Source of the DNA: Eledone cirrhosa
Lineage: Eukaryota
Direction of reading: 5' to 3'
Length of the DNA stretch: 64,000 nt
NCBI GenBank assembly: GCA_964016885.1
Contig: OZ024743.1
Coordinates: 362,638,001-362,702,000 of the forward strand
Made by a program: the position numbers and the translations under genes. Positions within the stretch are counted from its first letter, which is position 1. Each line of letters begins with the position of its first letter. The notes under the pieces are model-generated. The model was not told the origin of the DNA and did no database searches. It was given only the letters and a program-made list of their open reading frames with translations. Below are positions 11,823 through 64,000 of the stretch, in pieces.

Positions 11823-12137
11823 AAGAACTGTTTCATTCATATGGAATCATCAGGCATGTCCTAATGATTTCATATTAATGAAACAGTTCTAGCGCTATAT
11901 AACTCTAGGCATCTGTTTAAGAAATAAAAGCGCTTATATTCTACCAACGTATTGAGTACCTTCTTTAATTGTGGTCACCTCCCGATCTCCTTCGAGAATC
12001 TGTGATCCTTCGGAAATCTCTATTTTTGTGCTCCTGAAGAAGGGCTAAAGCCCGACACGTCGATCTTTCTTTCCACTTTTCCACATAAAGCGTGAAACTA
12101 ATAATACTTTTGTACCTCTGTTTATTGTTTTCTTGAA
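11823..12137 (+). mobile_element. Fold-back element plus second pLTR remnant with HHR-like motif
   Basis: Inverted arms 11823-11890; TATTGAGTAC at 11950; CTGAAGAA-GGGC TAAA GCCC-GACA-CGTC at 12034-12061. Confidence 0.65.
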
Positions 12138-12248
<111 letters not shown>

Positions 12249-12599
12249 TATATATATTATAGGTGCAGGCATGGCTGCGTAGTTAAAGAGTTCGTTTCGT
12301 AGCCAAGCAGTTTCGGGTTCAGCATTGTTGCTTTGCACCTTAAGCTACTATAATCTCAGGTTGACCAATTGCTACCAACTGAAATTTGATGGACGGAAAC
12401 TGTGGGGGAGACCAGTCGTATACATATACATACACACGTGTATGTGTGTGTGTGTGTGTTTCTGTGTTTCTGTGTGTTTGGTTGGGTGTGTGTTAGTGTC
12501 TCAAGTAACTTACCAGTTATACAAAAATATATTACTAAAATAAACACCTGACTTAAAACGAATAAGTACTGGGGTCGATATGATAGATAGATAGCTAGC

Positions 12600-13204
<605 letters not shown>

Positions 13205-13209
13205 GATAT

Positions 13210-13281
<72 letters not shown>

Positions 13282-14059
13282 AGAGCTTGAAGGTGTAAAT
13301 GGATATATATTATTTCGTTTTATTTACAAAAAGCCAAGTAAACTATTTTAGTTTCATGAAAAGACACTTATTAATTTATTAATTTATCAAAAAATATAAT
13401 TCTGAGATAAATATAATTTACAGAGAAATAAAATGCAATTCGGGGATAAGTAGCTATTTACACATAATTTTTAGATAATATAAGTTTTCAGAGAAATGTA
13501 TTTTTCAATGTGATAAATAAAAATTAACGAAGAAAGTTTTATATGCAAGTCGTAAATAAATAAATAATATACAATGATACATTGGAACCACCGCCCCTAA
13601 CAAACAAAAACGAAACGTAAAGATGAAAGTAAGCAAAAAGTTTTTTTAAATGAAAAAAAAAAATAAAGCAAAGAAGAAAAATGAGAGAAAAGCTAATATC
13701 ATTTTCTGCGTAAACTGCATGTTTAAGTTAGATTTCGTAATCCAGTTGTATTTCCCCGTACTCAGCAAGGCGAGGTTGGCGGCAAAGCTAAGGGAGAGAG
13801 AAGCAGTAAAAGCTGATTGTGTACAATTGTATATGTTATATTTTTTTATTTTAATATATATTTTTTCTTTCAAATTTTAATATATATTATTTTCCTTTCC
13901 TTCTTTTTGTTCGTTTATTTTTTATTTACTTATTTTTCCTGCGTTCGTTTTATCGTTTTCAAATGGGAGGAGACAAAAACCGTCCAGAAAGTGTCAGCCC
14001 ATCGAAAGGAACAACCCACAAACGCTATCAGCAGCTTCTGATTGAAATTCGGATCGCTG

Positions 14060-14170
14060 ATTGGACGAACGATTTATGTGGCAATATAAAACATCTCTGG
14101 CCGCCCCAAACGTGGTTGGCAAAAGCCTGTCTGGCTTTTGAGTCCACGCTTTACTGTTCTTTGTATAAAT
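14060..14170 (+). promoter_or_regulatory. Candidate collagen promoter (inverted CCAAT and TATA boxes)
   Basis: ATTGG at 14060-14064, TATAAAA at 14085 and TATAAAT at 14164, in non-repetitive DNA 150-250 bp upstream of the ATG. Confidence 0.4.
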
Positions 14171-14315
14171 CTAGGATACCTTGTGCTGTCTACCTCGCTG
14201 GTTGCAGCACAAGAGCAAATCCTTCTTCAGTTTCCATCTGTATTTAATAAGGAAACTTATACATTCTAACTAACCAGTTCTGTTATTCAGTCAGTGGATA
14301 ACAAGCTCTATAGTC

Positions 14316-63266
<48,951 letters not shown>

Positions 63267-64000
63267 ATGTAACCAATGTCATCTACATTACCATCCGCCA
63301 TCTCCAATTCAGATAATAACAAGCAAACAAGTAAAAATCAAGTGATGGTTGTTAAAAAAAAAGCAAAGAATAAAAAAAACTCTGTGACAGAAAGATGTAG
63401 ACAGTCCAAAGACAAAAACTAAAGAAAGAAAACATATCAGCTATAACAACACACTGATATATACGATTTTATTTTTGTTGCTTTCTAAATCAAATTGCGT
63501 TCTTCTAGACCCACTCTAAGATCTTTTCGGCATCACTGCAGACATTTTGGCTCAGCGTGGATCCAGAACAAATAGGCAATATACAACCATACATGCCAGT
63601 GTACAGATATGAAATATATAGAAATGAATGAAATGTCATTTTTCTGAACGCTAAATATTGATATTTTTAGCTGCAACACTTCTGCAATAAAATTATTTTT
63701 ATTGCTTAAATATTTCAGCCCCATCTGTCTAGACTGTCTGCATCCTGATCGAATTTCAGCTGGAGAGGGAATCAAAGTTTTAAAATAAAATTGTAAAAAA
63801 TATCTCAAAAAATGTCTTCCTTGCTTTCATTATTTTTCTCTTTAAGGGTGGTGGTTTGGCAGCATTCTCATGGCGTTGTACGACGTGCTTTGTATTATTT
63901 CTTCTGGTTTTATACGTTCTGTGTTAAAATCCCACTGAATTCAACTTTGCCTTTTATCCTTCTAGGGTCGATAAGATCAATTTCCTATTCAGTGGGTGAT

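Noticed and set aside
63369-63374. AATAAA as the collagen poly(A) signal
   Set aside because: Within an A-rich run and other AATAAA occur downstream; cannot choose without transcripts

Overview
Animal genomic DNA, very rich in (TA)n, (CA)n, (TACA)n and (TAA)n microsatellites; the repeat landscape suggests a cephalopod such as Octopus (inference). The main feature is a complete + strand fibrillar procollagen alpha-chain gene that I assembled by hand: 46 coding exons, 14316-63266, about 1400 aa. It has a signal peptide, a VWC domain, three microexons, a Gly-X-Y helix of about 1010 residues with one Gly->Ala break, and a 6-Cys COLFI domain. Around and inside the gene are a Penelope-like element (RT + GIY-YIG), a Tx1/L1-like LINE, a young RTE LINE with a PHD-like finger inside its RT, R4/Dong-like fragments and two SINE families. 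The most striking non-coding signal is minimal type I hammerhead ribozymes (HHRs). A 466-bp tandem array in two divergent arms (3275-5923) has one intact HHR per full unit, resembling a retrozyme. About a dozen short fold-back elements in microsatellites carry HHR cores plus a shared ACTC...GAGT(A/G)C stem-loop tail. All coordinates and folds were read by eye; no searches were run.
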